A stretch of 32,000 bases of DNA from Phycisphaera mikurensis NBRC 102666 (GTDB lineage Bacteria > Planctomycetota > Phycisphaerae > Phycisphaerales > Phycisphaeraceae): positions 1,740,001 to 1,772,000 of the forward strand of contig NC_017080.1 in the NCBI RefSeq assembly GCF_000284115.1, read 5' to 3'. Of this stretch, positions 11,091 through 19,235 are shown in pieces; position 1 is the first letter of the stretch, and each line of letters opens with the position of its first letter. The notes beneath the pieces are model-generated. The model was not told the origin of the DNA. It searched no databases and saw only the letters and a list, made by a program, of their open reading frames with translations. Position numbers and translations under genes: made by a program.

Positions 11091-12281
11091 ATGCCCCACC
11101 CCCCGATCGGCCGCGCTTCCGTCCTCGTCGTGCTCGGGGCGGCTTCGCTGTCGGCGGGTTGCGGGCAGGAGGCGGCCCCGCCCGCACCACCGCCGGCCGA
11201 CGTGGTCGTCGCCGAGCCGGTCGTCCGCGACGTGACCCGCTATTACCGCTACTCGGGCACGACCGCGTCCCCCGAGGCCGTCGACGTCCGGGCCCGCGTG
11301 GCCGGTGTCCTCGAGGAGCAGCACTTCACCGCGAGCACCGACGTGGAGGCGGGCGACCGCCTCTTCACGATCGAGCGGCGGCCCTTCGAGGTGGCGGTCG
11401 AGTCGGCCCGGGCTCGGGTGGCCGAGGCCGACGCGAACCTCGAGCTGGCCCGCGTCGAGCGTGACCGCGTGACCGAGGCCTTCGACGCCGGAGCCGCGAC
11501 CGAGCAGGAGAAGCTCGAGCGGGAGGCGACGGTGAAGGCCGAGGAGGCCCGCCTGGCCGAGGCGCGCGCGCGGCTGGACGACGCCCGGATCCAGCTCGGC
11601 TACACGGAGGTCGCCTCGCCCATCGACGGCCGGGTCGGCCGCCGCCAGGCCGATCCCGGCAACCTCGTCGGCCGCACCGAGCCCACGGTGCTGACGCGCG
11701 TGGTCCAGCTCGACCCGATCCACGTCTACTTCGACGTGAGCGAGCGGATCGTGCTGGAGTACCTGGAGCGCGGCCGCAACGGCGGCGTCGGCCAAGAGGA
11801 AGCGCCGGTGATCCAGGTCGCCCGGGCCAACGACCCCGCCGGGGCGTTCCCCTTCGAGGGAAGGGTCGACTTCGTCGAGCCCGAGGTCGACGCCGGCACC
11901 GGCACGATCCGCGTCCGCGGGGTGGTCCCCAACGCCGAGAAGCTGCTGTTCCCCGGCCTGTTCGTCCGCATCCGGGCGCCGTACGACGTGATCGAGGGGG
12001 CGCTGCTGGTGGAGCGCGACGCGGTCGGACGGACGCTCGCCGGCGACACGCTGATGGTGGTGAACGACCAGAACCAGGTGGAGCAGCGCGTCGTGAGTCT
12101 CGGCGAGGAGGACGGCGGGCGGGTGACGGTTCTCAAGGGCCTCTCCGCCGGCGAGCGCTACGTCGTCCGCGGCCTTCAAAAGGCCCGGCCCGGGGCCGCG
12201 GTGAATCCGCTGACCGAGGCACAGATGGAGGAGAAGCTCCAGGAATCGGCCTCCATCGGGAAGGGCGGCGGCGACACCTGA
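11091..12281 (+). CDS. RND efflux periplasmic adaptor lipoprotein (AcrA/MexA-like), system 2
   Basis: ATG at 11091. Lipobox in MPHPPIGRASVLVVLGAASLSAGC. Motifs: RARVAGVLEEQHF, coiled-coil hairpin, IQLGYTEVASPIDGRVG. Confidence 0.85.
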   Translation: MPHPPIGRASVLVVLGAASLSAGCGQEAAPPAPPPADVVVAEPVVRDVTRYYRYSGTTASPEAVDVRARVAGVLEEQHFTASTDVEAGDRLFTIERRPFEVAVESARARVAEADANLELARVERDRVTEAFDAGAATEQEKLEREATVKAEEARLAEARARLDDARIQLGYTEVASPIDGRVGRRQADPGNLVGRTEPTVLTRVVQLDPIHVYFDVSERIVLEYLERGRNGGVGQEEAPVIQVARANDPAGAFPFEGRVDFVEPEVDAGTGTIRVRGVVPNAEKLLFPGLFVRIRAPYDVIEGALLVERDAVGRTLAGDTLMVVNDQNQVEQRVVSLGEEDGGRVTVLKGLSAGERYVVRGLQKARPGAAVNPLTEAQMEEKLQESASIGKGGGDT

Positions 12282-12449
12282 TCCGCCCGGCGGTTCCCGG
12301 GGCCGCCGACGCGTGCGTCGGTCGGAACACCGGGCCGGGCGTCGTTTGGGCGTGCCCGAGCCGACGCCTGGGGCTCCGCCTTCACGACCGGCCGCGTCGC
12401 CGCGGCAGCCCCGCCCCACGCCTCCGGGCAATCCTCCCCAAACCGCCTC

Positions 12450-15400
12450 ATGCTCAGCCGCTTCTTCATCCACCGGCCCATCTTCGCCACCGTCATCGCG
12501 CTGCTGACGGTGGTCGCCGGGCTGGTCTCGGTGCCGCTGCTTCCCATTGAGCAGTACCCCGAGATCACGCCGCCGACCGTCCGCGTGAGCGTGCGCTACC
12601 CCGGCGCCGACGCCGTCACGCTCGCCGAGACGGTGACCGCGCCGATGGAGCAGGCGATCAACGGCGTCGAGGGGATGATCTACATGAAGTCGACCAGCTC
12701 CGACGACGGGAGCGTCAGCATCGACGTGACCTTCGAGCTGGGAACCGACGCCGACCTCGCCGCGGTCCGCGTGCAGAACAACGTGAACATCGCCGAGGCC
12801 CGGCTGCCCGAGGCGGTGCGGCGGCAGGGCATCACCGTGACCAAGCGCTCGCCGTCGCTCCTGCTGGTGATGTCGCTGGTCAGCGACGTGGACGAGGCGA
12901 CGGGCGAGCCCATCTACGACTACGCCTTCCTCTCCAACTACGCGACGCTGCGCGTGCTCGACCCGGTCGCGCGGACGCCCGGCGTGGGCGAGGCGAGCCT
13001 CTTCGGGCCCCGCGACTACTCGATGCGGATCTGGCTGGACCCGCAGAAGATGCGGGCCCGCGACCTCACCACCGTCGACGTGCTCGCCGAGCTGCGTGCC
13101 CAGAACGTGCAGCTCGCGGCGGGGCGCCTGGGGGACCAGCCCACGGGCGATCCAGACGGCTTCACCTACACGCTCACCAGCGAGGGGCGGCTGACGGATG
13201 TTTCGCAGTTCGAGGAGATCATCGTCAAGACCGGCGATGACCAGCGCGTCGTCCGCGTGAAAGACGTCGGCCGGGTGGAACTCGGCAGCGAGCTCTACGG
13301 CTCCACCGCCCGCCGCAACGGCCAGCCGGGGGCACAGATCCCCGTGTACCAGCTCCCGGGCAGCAACTCGGTGGAGACCTCCGCCGCGGTCAAGGCGGTG
13401 ATGGAGGAGCTCGCCGCCGACTTCCCGCCGGGGCTCCGCCACGAGGTCACCTTCGACTTCACCAAGTTCGTCGAGGCCTCGATCGAGGAGGTGGTCTTCA
13501 CCCTGCTGCTCGCCTCGGCGCTGGTGATCCTCGTCGTCTTCGTCTTCCTGCAGGACTGGCGGGCGACGCTGGTGCCGGCGATCACGATCCCGGTCTCGCT
13601 GGTGGGCACGCTGGCGGCGCTGCTGGTCTTTGGCTACTCGCTGAACCTGCTCACGCTCTTCGGCCTGGTCCTCGCGATCGGCATCGTGGTGGACGACGCG
13701 ATCGTCGTGGTCGAGAACTGCGCTCGGAAGATCGAGGAGACCGGCTGCTGCGCCGCCGACGCCGCGACCGACGCGATGCGCGAGATCACCGGCCCGATCG
13801 TCGCGACGACGCTCGTGGTGCTGGCGGTGTTCGTGCCCGCGGCGCTGCTGCCCGGGCTCACCGGGCAGCTCTACCGGCAGTTCGCGGTGACCCTGTCGGT
13901 CGCGACGGTCTTCAGCTCGGTCAACGCGCTGACGCTGAGCCCGGCCCTGTGCGCCCTGCTGCTCAAGCCGAGCCCGGGCTCGCGGGACGCGCACGGCCGC
14001 CGGGAGAAAGCCGAGGCGGAGCCAAGCCGCGGGGAGGCAGAACCTCCGGGCGGCGACGGGAGCGGGCCCGGTGACGATCCGCAGAGCGAGCCCGCCGAGC
14101 GGGAGCGGGAGCGGGCGGAGGCGTCGGCGTCGCCGGGCCGCGGCGGCTTGCTCGGCAAGGCCTTCAAGCCCTTCAACCGGGGCTTCGACCACGCGACCTC
14201 CGGCTACGCCTGGCTCGTCGGCAAAGCGGTTGCGCTGTGGCCGGTCACGCTGGTCGTCTACGCCGCCGCCGCCGCGGCCACCTACCTCGCGGTGACGCTG
14301 GCGCCCACGGGCTTCCTGCCCGAGGAGGACCAGGGCTACTTCTTCATCAACGTGCAGCTGCCCGAGGCCTCGAAGCTCGACCGCACCGACGCCGTGCTCC
14401 GCCGCGTGGAGCAGCTCCTCCTGGACAGCCCCGGCGTCGAGAGCACCATCGCCGTCGCCGGGTTCTCGCTCCTGGCGGGGGTCAACGCCCCCAACGCCGC
14501 GCTGTGCGTGGTCATCATGGAGGACTGGCCCGAGCGGCCCGATTGGCCCGTCACCCGGCTCATCGAGGAACTCGGCCCCCGCCTCGGCGGGATCCCCGAC
14601 GCGGCGGTTTTCGCCTTCAACCCGCCCGCGATCCGCGGGCTCGGCCAGGCGGGCGGCTTCGAGATGCAGATCCGCGACGAGAGCGACCTGGGCATCGAGG
14701 CGCTGGCGCAGGCGACGCGCGCCTTCCTCGACGCCGCCGCGGGCGACCCGAAGATCGGCCGCGCGCTCACGACCTTCAACGCCCAGAGCCCGCAGCAGAA
14801 GATCGTCATCGACCGCGAGCAGCACCTCAAGCTGGGCATCGAGCCGGAGGTCGTCAACGACACCCTCTCGACGATGCTCGGCGGGGCGTACGTCAACGAC
14901 TTCAACTACTTCGGCCGCGTCTACCGCGTGTACGCCCAGGCCGACACGCAGTACCGCCAGACCGAAGCCGACCTCCTGAACCTGCAGGTGCGCAATGACG
15001 AGGGCTCGATGACGCCGCTGGACTCGTTCGTCGAGCTGCTGCCGATCGTCGGCCCGCAGAACGTCGTGCGTTACAACCTCGCGACCTCCTCGACGGTCAA
15101 CGGCTCGGGGGCGCCGGGCGTGAGCAGCGGCGAAGTGCTCAGCACCGTCGACCGCATCGCCGCCGACGTCCTGCCCACGGGGATGGGCTACGACTGGACG
15201 GGCGTCACCTACCAGCAAGAGCAAGCGGGCAACACGGCGCCGATCGTGTTCGCGCTCGCCGTGGTGGTCGTGTTCCTGGTGCTCGCCGCGCAGTACGAGA
15301 GCTGGACGATCCCGCTGGCGATCCTGCTCGCGGTGCCGCTGGGTGTGCTGGGCGCGGTGCTCGGGCTGCTGTTCCGCGGCTTCCCCAACGACGTCTACGC

Positions 15401-15764
15401 GCAGATCGGCCTCGTGCTGCTGGTGGCGCTGGTGGCCAAGAACGCGATCCTGCTCGTCGAGTTCGCGGTGCAGAAGCGCAGCGGGGGCGACGGCGTGGTG
15501 GACGCCGCCGTCGAGGCGGCGCGGCTGCGCTTCCGGCCGATCCTGATGACGGCGTTCAGCTTCGTGCTCGGCACCGCGCCGCTGATGTTCGCCTCCGGCG
15601 CCGGGGCGACCTCCCGCCAGACGCTGGGCACCGCCGTCGTCGCCGGCATGGTCCTCGCCACCGCGTTGGGCCTGGTGATGACGCCGGTGTTCTACGCCGT
15701 GATCCAGCGGACCAAGGAGCGCTTCAAGCCGCGGACCGCGGACGAAAACGCCGAGAAAGCCTGA
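12450..15764 (+). CDS. RND multidrug efflux permease, HAE1 (AcrB/MexB-like), pump 2
   Basis: MLSRFFIHRPIFATVIALLTVVAGLVSVPLLPIEQYPEITPPTVRVSVRYPGADA is a near-textbook AcrB N-terminus. 1104 aa. Contains a low-complexity insert of about 55 aa in the central cytoplasmic linker. Confidence 0.92.
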   Translation: MLSRFFIHRPIFATVIALLTVVAGLVSVPLLPIEQYPEITPPTVRVSVRYPGADAVTLAETVTAPMEQAINGVEGMIYMKSTSSDDGSVSIDVTFELGTDADLAAVRVQNNVNIAEARLPEAVRRQGITVTKRSPSLLLVMSLVSDVDEATGEPIYDYAFLSNYATLRVLDPVARTPGVGEASLFGPRDYSMRIWLDPQKMRARDLTTVDVLAELRAQNVQLAAGRLGDQPTGDPDGFTYTLTSEGRLTDVSQFEEIIVKTGDDQRVVRVKDVGRVELGSELYGSTARRNGQPGAQIPVYQLPGSNSVETSAAVKAVMEELAADFPPGLRHEVTFDFTKFVEASIEEVVFTLLLASALVILVVFVFLQDWRATLVPAITIPVSLVGTLAALLVFGYSLNLLTLFGLVLAIGIVVDDAIVVVENCARKIEETGCCAADAATDAMREITGPIVATTLVVLAVFVPAALLPGLTGQLYRQFAVTLSVATVFSSVNALTLSPALCALLLKPSPGSRDAHGRREKAEAEPSRGEAEPPGGDGSGPGDDPQSEPAERERERAEASASPGRGGLLGKAFKPFNRGFDHATSGYAWLVGKAVALWPVTLVVYAAAAAATYLAVTLAPTGFLPEEDQGYFFINVQLPEASKLDRTDAVLRRVEQLLLDSPGVESTIAVAGFSLLAGVNAPNAALCVVIMEDWPERPDWPVTRLIEELGPRLGGIPDAAVFAFNPPAIRGLGQAGGFEMQIRDESDLGIEALAQATRAFLDAAAGDPKIGRALTTFNAQSPQQKIVIDREQHLKLGIEPEVVNDTLSTMLGGAYVNDFNYFGRVYRVYAQADTQYRQTEADLLNLQVRNDEGSMTPLDSFVELLPIVGPQNVVRYNLATSSTVNGSGAPGVSSGEVLSTVDRIAADVLPTGMGYDWTGVTYQQEQAGNTAPIVFALAVVVVFLVLAAQYESWTIPLAILLAVPLGVLGAVLGLLFRGFPNDVYAQIGLVLLVALVAKNAILLVEFAVQKRSGGDGVVDAAVEAARLRFRPILMTAFSFVLGTAPLMFASGAGATSRQTLGTAVVAGMVLATALGLVMTPVFYAVIQRTKERFKPRTADENAEKA

Positions 15765-15776
15765 CGGTCCGCGGCT
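15727..15776. repeat. 46-nt palindromic element copy 3 (arms extend to 12 bp), straddling the pump-2 stop codon
   Basis: Core arms at 15729-15738 and 15765-15774, with a 26-nt spacer. The spacer supplies the last codons ...PRTADENAEKA and the TGA at 15762-15764. Also lies 54 nt beyond the convergent stop at 15830. Confidence 0.85.
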
Positions 15777-15829
15777 CGGACGCTCGCGGGGACGGCCGCC
15801 TCGGGCCGCCGGGGGGCTCCCCGAGACCT

Positions 15830-17287
15830 TCAACCGCCCAGGGCCGCCGCGGCCGCGTACACCCGGCGGTTCAGCTCTTTCATGTGCTCGAGCAGGGGCG
15901 GGTAGGGCTCGAAGACGCTGGTCACGATGCCCTTGTTGCTGTCGCGGTTGCTCGGGTCGGTGTTGAGGTTGGTCGGGTCGTTGTCGCGGTACTTGAACCA
16001 GTGCCAGCCGACGCAGCCGCGCGTCTCCAGCAGCGAGAGCGCGTAGTGCTGGTAGAACGCGCCGCGGTCGGCCTGGGTCGGCACCGTCCAGCCGGCGCCG
16101 CTGCCGTTGCTCATCCCGCTGTCCTCGCCCTTGGCGTACCACTCGGTGACGATCACCGGGCGGTCGGCCCAGCGGGACAGCTCCTCGATCCGCCGGCCCG
16201 GCGTCCAGTCGTAGTAGTGGTTCGTCGAGAGCACGTCGGCGTGCCGGCCCACCGCCTCGACCAGCGGCCGGCACCGCTTCTCGCTGCCGTAGAGGCGCGG
16301 GCCGAGGATCAGGTGGTTCGGGTCCACCGCGCGGATCGCCTCCACGACGGTGCCGAGGTAGACGTCCATCACGTGCCCGCGCCAGCGCTCGCCGGAGGCC
16401 TCGCCGTCGCCGTGCTCGGCCACCCACCGCGCGGCCTCGGCCCGCCCGGGGTCGCCCTCCGCCAGCGCCAGGAAGCGCCGCAGCGAGTCCTTCGGGAAGG
16501 GCAGCTCGTTGTCGGTGAAGTGCCCGAGCAGCCAGGGGTCGTCGCGGGTGGCGGCGAGCCGCTGCCGCGCGTGGCGCCGGCAGAAGGCGGGGAAGGCGGG
16601 GTCGAAGGCGAAGATGCACGAACCGGGGTAGAGCTTGTGGCCCGAGCCCTGCGCGAGCCCGCCCCGCTCGCGCTCGCCGTAGGTCGTCATGAAGTTCGCG
16701 TTGGGGCAGTAGGCCAGCGGCGCCGGCCCGGCGCGGTTCAAGGCGTCGTCGCTCCAGCTGCCGGTCGTGTTGAAGCCGTGCTCGTGCAGCATCGGCTGGG
16801 TCTGGTCCCGCCAGCGCTCCGGCTCGCCGCCGAAGCGTTCCGCGTACGCCGCCGCGCCCAGCGTGCCGCCGTCCCGCTCGCCGGGGTTCTGCCCCCGGAC
16901 GCTGTTGAGCCCGACGCTGAGGAAGGGCAGCCCCTCGGGGTCGAACAGCCACCAGCGGCCGCCGTGCCGGCCGGTCGTGAAGAAGCCGGTGCCCGCGCGC
17001 CGGAAGGGCGACGCCGCCCAGCCGCCGTAAGGGCCGATCACGTCGGCCTCCGCCGGCAGGCCGGCGACGTCCTCGACCAGCCGCACCGGGTGCGGCTTGG
17101 CGTCCGCGGCGGTCTGCTTCTTGGTCCACACCCGCACGGTGCGCCCGCCGGACTGCGCACGAGCCGAACCGATCCCGCCGGTCACCCAGGCGGCCACGCC
17201 CGCGGCCCCCGCGAGCACGGCCGCGCGCCGGGAGAGCCGGGGCACCGGGAGCGGGCCGGAAGACGGGCGGGGAGCGGGCTTGGGCAT
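15830..17287 (-). CDS. Secreted (Tat-like signal) glycoside hydrolase-like TIM-barrel protein, clan GH-A type (agarase/beta-galactosidase-like); specificity unknown
   Basis: N-terminus LSRRAAVLAGAAGVAAWV. Candidate acid/base motif HFTDNELPF and candidate nucleophile motif VIVTEWYAKG. CVGWHWFKYRDND near the C-terminus. Family assignment is from pattern memory only. Confidence 0.55.
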   Translation of the reverse strand: MPKPAPRPSSGPLPVPRLSRRAAVLAGAAGVAAWVTGGIGSARAQSGGRTVRVWTKKQTAADAKPHPVRLVEDVAGLPAEADVIGPYGGWAASPFRRAGTGFFTTGRHGGRWWLFDPEGLPFLSVGLNSVRGQNPGERDGGTLGAAAYAERFGGEPERWRDQTQPMLHEHGFNTTGSWSDDALNRAGPAPLAYCPNANFMTTYGERERGGLAQGSGHKLYPGSCIFAFDPAFPAFCRRHARQRLAATRDDPWLLGHFTDNELPFPKDSLRRFLALAEGDPGRAEAARWVAEHGDGEASGERWRGHVMDVYLGTVVEAIRAVDPNHLILGPRLYGSEKRCRPLVEAVGRHADVLSTNHYYDWTPGRRIEELSRWADRPVIVTEWYAKGEDSGMSNGSGAGWTVPTQADRGAFYQHYALSLLETRGCVGWHWFKYRDNDPTNLNTDPSNRDSNKGIVTSVFEPYPPLLEHMKELNRRVYAAAAALGG

Positions 17288-17352
17288 CCCGGCAAGCTAT
17301 CGGTTGTCGACAATCCGGGCGGATCGATCCCCCGCCGCGAGGGGCGAGGGCG

Positions 17353-18063
17353 TCAACCCATCGGCAGCGGGTCCGAGGACCGCACCGCGTCGATGGGCCG
17401 GCGTCGCAAGCGCGTCCGCTGCTTCCCCGCCTCGTCGAAGTTGACGGGCCGGAGCCACTCGACGAAGGCGGGCCGCCGCTCCGGCCACTCCCTGTCCAGC
17501 AGCGCGTAGCAGGCCGTGTCGCGGTTCTGGTCGCGGGCCACGCGGTGCTGGCGGGCGATGCCCTCGAAGCGGAAGCCGAGGCGGTCGGCGGCGCGGCGCG
17601 AGGGCTCGTCGCCGGCGTTGCACTTCCACTCCACGCGGCGGTAGCCGGCGGCGAAGGCGTGGTCGATCAGAAGGAAGTGGGCCTCGGTCGGGGCCTGCGT
17701 GGCGGCGTATCCGGGGCCGTGGGCGGCGTAGCCGATCCCGACCACGCCGTGCGGCGGGTTCATCTGCAGGTACGCCGCCATGCCCACCGCCGTTCCCTCA
17801 GGCCCGCGGAGCAGGCACGCGGCGGCGTCCAGGTCGATCGCGATCGCGTGCAGCCGGTCCCGCAGGTCCTCCGCCGTGTGGAGCGGGTCCCAGCCAAGCC
17901 ATCGGAGGTGGTGATCGGCCCGCTCGTCGCCGCCGAAGGCCTCCCAGAGCGGGGCGGCGTCGCGGTCGGGGTCCAGCGGCCCGATCGAGAGCCAGTGCCC
18001 GCGGACCCGCGGGGCGGCGAGCGGCGGCGGCGGCGTCCAGTGCAGCGGGGGGCGTGCTTCCAT
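17353..18063 (-). CDS. GNAT family N-acetyltransferase (RimJ/RimL-like)
   Basis: ATG at 18063 (MEARPPLHW...). YRRVEWKCNAGDEPSRRAADRLGFRFEGIARQH is the typical Acetyltransf_3 core. The upstream part of ORF 17353..18810 is Arg-rich junk. Confidence 0.75.
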   Translation of the reverse strand: MEARPPLHWTPPPPLAAPRVRGHWLSIGPLDPDRDAAPLWEAFGGDERADHHLRWLGWDPLHTAEDLRDRLHAIAIDLDAAACLLRGPEGTAVGMAAYLQMNPPHGVVGIGYAAHGPGYAATQAPTEAHFLLIDHAFAAGYRRVEWKCNAGDEPSRRAADRLGFRFEGIARQHRVARDQNRDTACYALLDREWPERRPAFVEWLRPVNFDEAGKQRTRLRRRPIDAVRSSDPLPMG

Positions 18064-18098
18064 GCGGGGAGCATGACGGGGAGGGGCCGGCCCGGGGT

Positions 18099-19235
18099 TC
18101 AGCCGGTCAGCACGAGGCTGTCGCGGTGGATGACGGCGCTGTAGGCGGGCCGGCCGAGGATGCGCGCAAAGTCGCCGGACTGCCTGCCCTGCAGCAGCCG
18201 CACCTCGGCGGCGGCGTAGTTGGAGAGGCCGCGGGCGAGCTCGCGGCCGGCGGCGTCGCGGACGAGCAGCACGTCGCCGCGGTCGAAAGCGCCGGTGGTG
18301 GCGGTGATGCCCGACGCGAGCAGCGACGCCCCGCCGCCGGCGAGGGCTCGGGCCGCGCCCGCGTCGACGGTGACGCCGCCGGCGGGGCGGGCGGTGAGGC
18401 CGATCCAGCGGCGGCGGGCGTCCAGGCGGCGCGCGGCGGGGACGAACAGCGTGCCGGCGTCTTCGGCCTCGCCGGCGAGCACGCGGGCGACGACGTCTCT
18501 CTGCCGGCCGCCGGCGATGACGCAGGTGGCGCCCGCGCCGACGACGATCCGGGCGGCGTCGATCTTGGTGCCCATGCCGCCGGAGCCCCAGCCGCTGCGG
18601 TCGGCCCGCACCTGCGCGGACGCGGCCAGGAGGTCGCTGACCTCCGGGATGACGGCGCCGCCGCCGTCGAGCAGGCCGGCGACCCCCGAGAGGATCACCA
18701 GCGCGTCGGCGTGGACGGCGTTGGACAGCAGCGCGGCGAGGAGGTCGTTGTCGCCGAAGCGCAGCTCCTCGACGGCGACGGTGTCGTTCTCGTTGGCGAT
18801 CGGCACGCAATCCATCGCCTGCAGCCGGGTGACGCAGTTGTGCAGGTTGAGGAAGCGCAGGCGGTCGTCGAAGTCGGTCCGCGTGAGCAGCACCTGCCCC
18901 ACGCCGAGGCCGACTCTGGCGAAGGCGTCGTGCCAGTGCGTCATCAGCCGCCGCTGGCCCACGGCCGCGACGGCCTGTGCGTCGGCCACGTCGGTGGGGC
19001 GGTCGGCCCGCCCCAGCTCCGCGCAGCCCGCCGCGATCGCCCCGCTGGAGACCAGCGTCACCCGCCGGCCGTCGGCGTGCAGGCCCGCCACCTGGCGGGC
19101 GATCGCGCCGATGAAGCGGGTGTCCACCGCCAGCCGCGGCTCGCCGCCGCCACGCGGCCGGCGGGCGGTGGCGAGCAGCTGCGAGCCGATCTTGACGACG
19201 ATCTCTCTGGCGTTCGTGAGTGCGGTGCGGGGCAT
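18099..19235 (-). CDS. proB: Glutamate 5-kinase with C-terminal PUA domain
   Basis: MPRTALTNAREIVVKIGSQLL, NENDTVAVEELRFGDNDLLAA, GMGTKIDAA, then the PUA-like segment VTVDAGAARALAGGGASLLASGI. Its ATG overlaps the upstream stop by 1 nt (TGATG). Confidence 0.9.
   Translation of the reverse strand: MPRTALTNAREIVVKIGSQLLATARRPRGGGEPRLAVDTRFIGAIARQVAGLHADGRRVTLVSSGAIAAGCAELGRADRPTDVADAQAVAAVGQRRLMTHWHDAFARVGLGVGQVLLTRTDFDDRLRFLNLHNCVTRLQAMDCVPIANENDTVAVEELRFGDNDLLAALLSNAVHADALVILSGVAGLLDGGGAVIPEVSDLLAASAQVRADRSGWGSGGMGTKIDAARIVVGAGATCVIAGGRQRDVVARVLAGEAEDAGTLFVPAARRLDARRRWIGLTARPAGGVTVDAGAARALAGGGASLLASGITATTGAFDRGDVLLVRDAAGRELARGLSNYAAAEVRLLQGRQSGDFARILGRPAYSAVIHRDSLVLTG

Noticed and set aside
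15800-15825. Weak hairpin ctcggg...cccgag between pump 2 and the glycosidase gene
   Set aside because: Only a 6-bp stem with a 14-nt loop. Element copy 3 is a much stronger structure at the same junction.
11061-17129. 2022-aa minus-strand ORF antisense to the system-2 adaptor and pump genes, out of frame with the glycosidase gene
   Set aside because: Artefact of high GC content, because stop codons are AT-rich. The translation is Arg/Gly/Pro/Ala-rich with no domain logic, while the opposite strand encodes textbook AcrA/AcrB-like proteins with saturated third-position G/C.
18084-18093. 10-bp perfect palindromes gggccggccc (18084-18093) and cccggccggg (28458-28467) next to stop codons
   Set aside because: Loop-less GC palindromes of this length are expected by chance at this composition and cannot form a stable hairpin.
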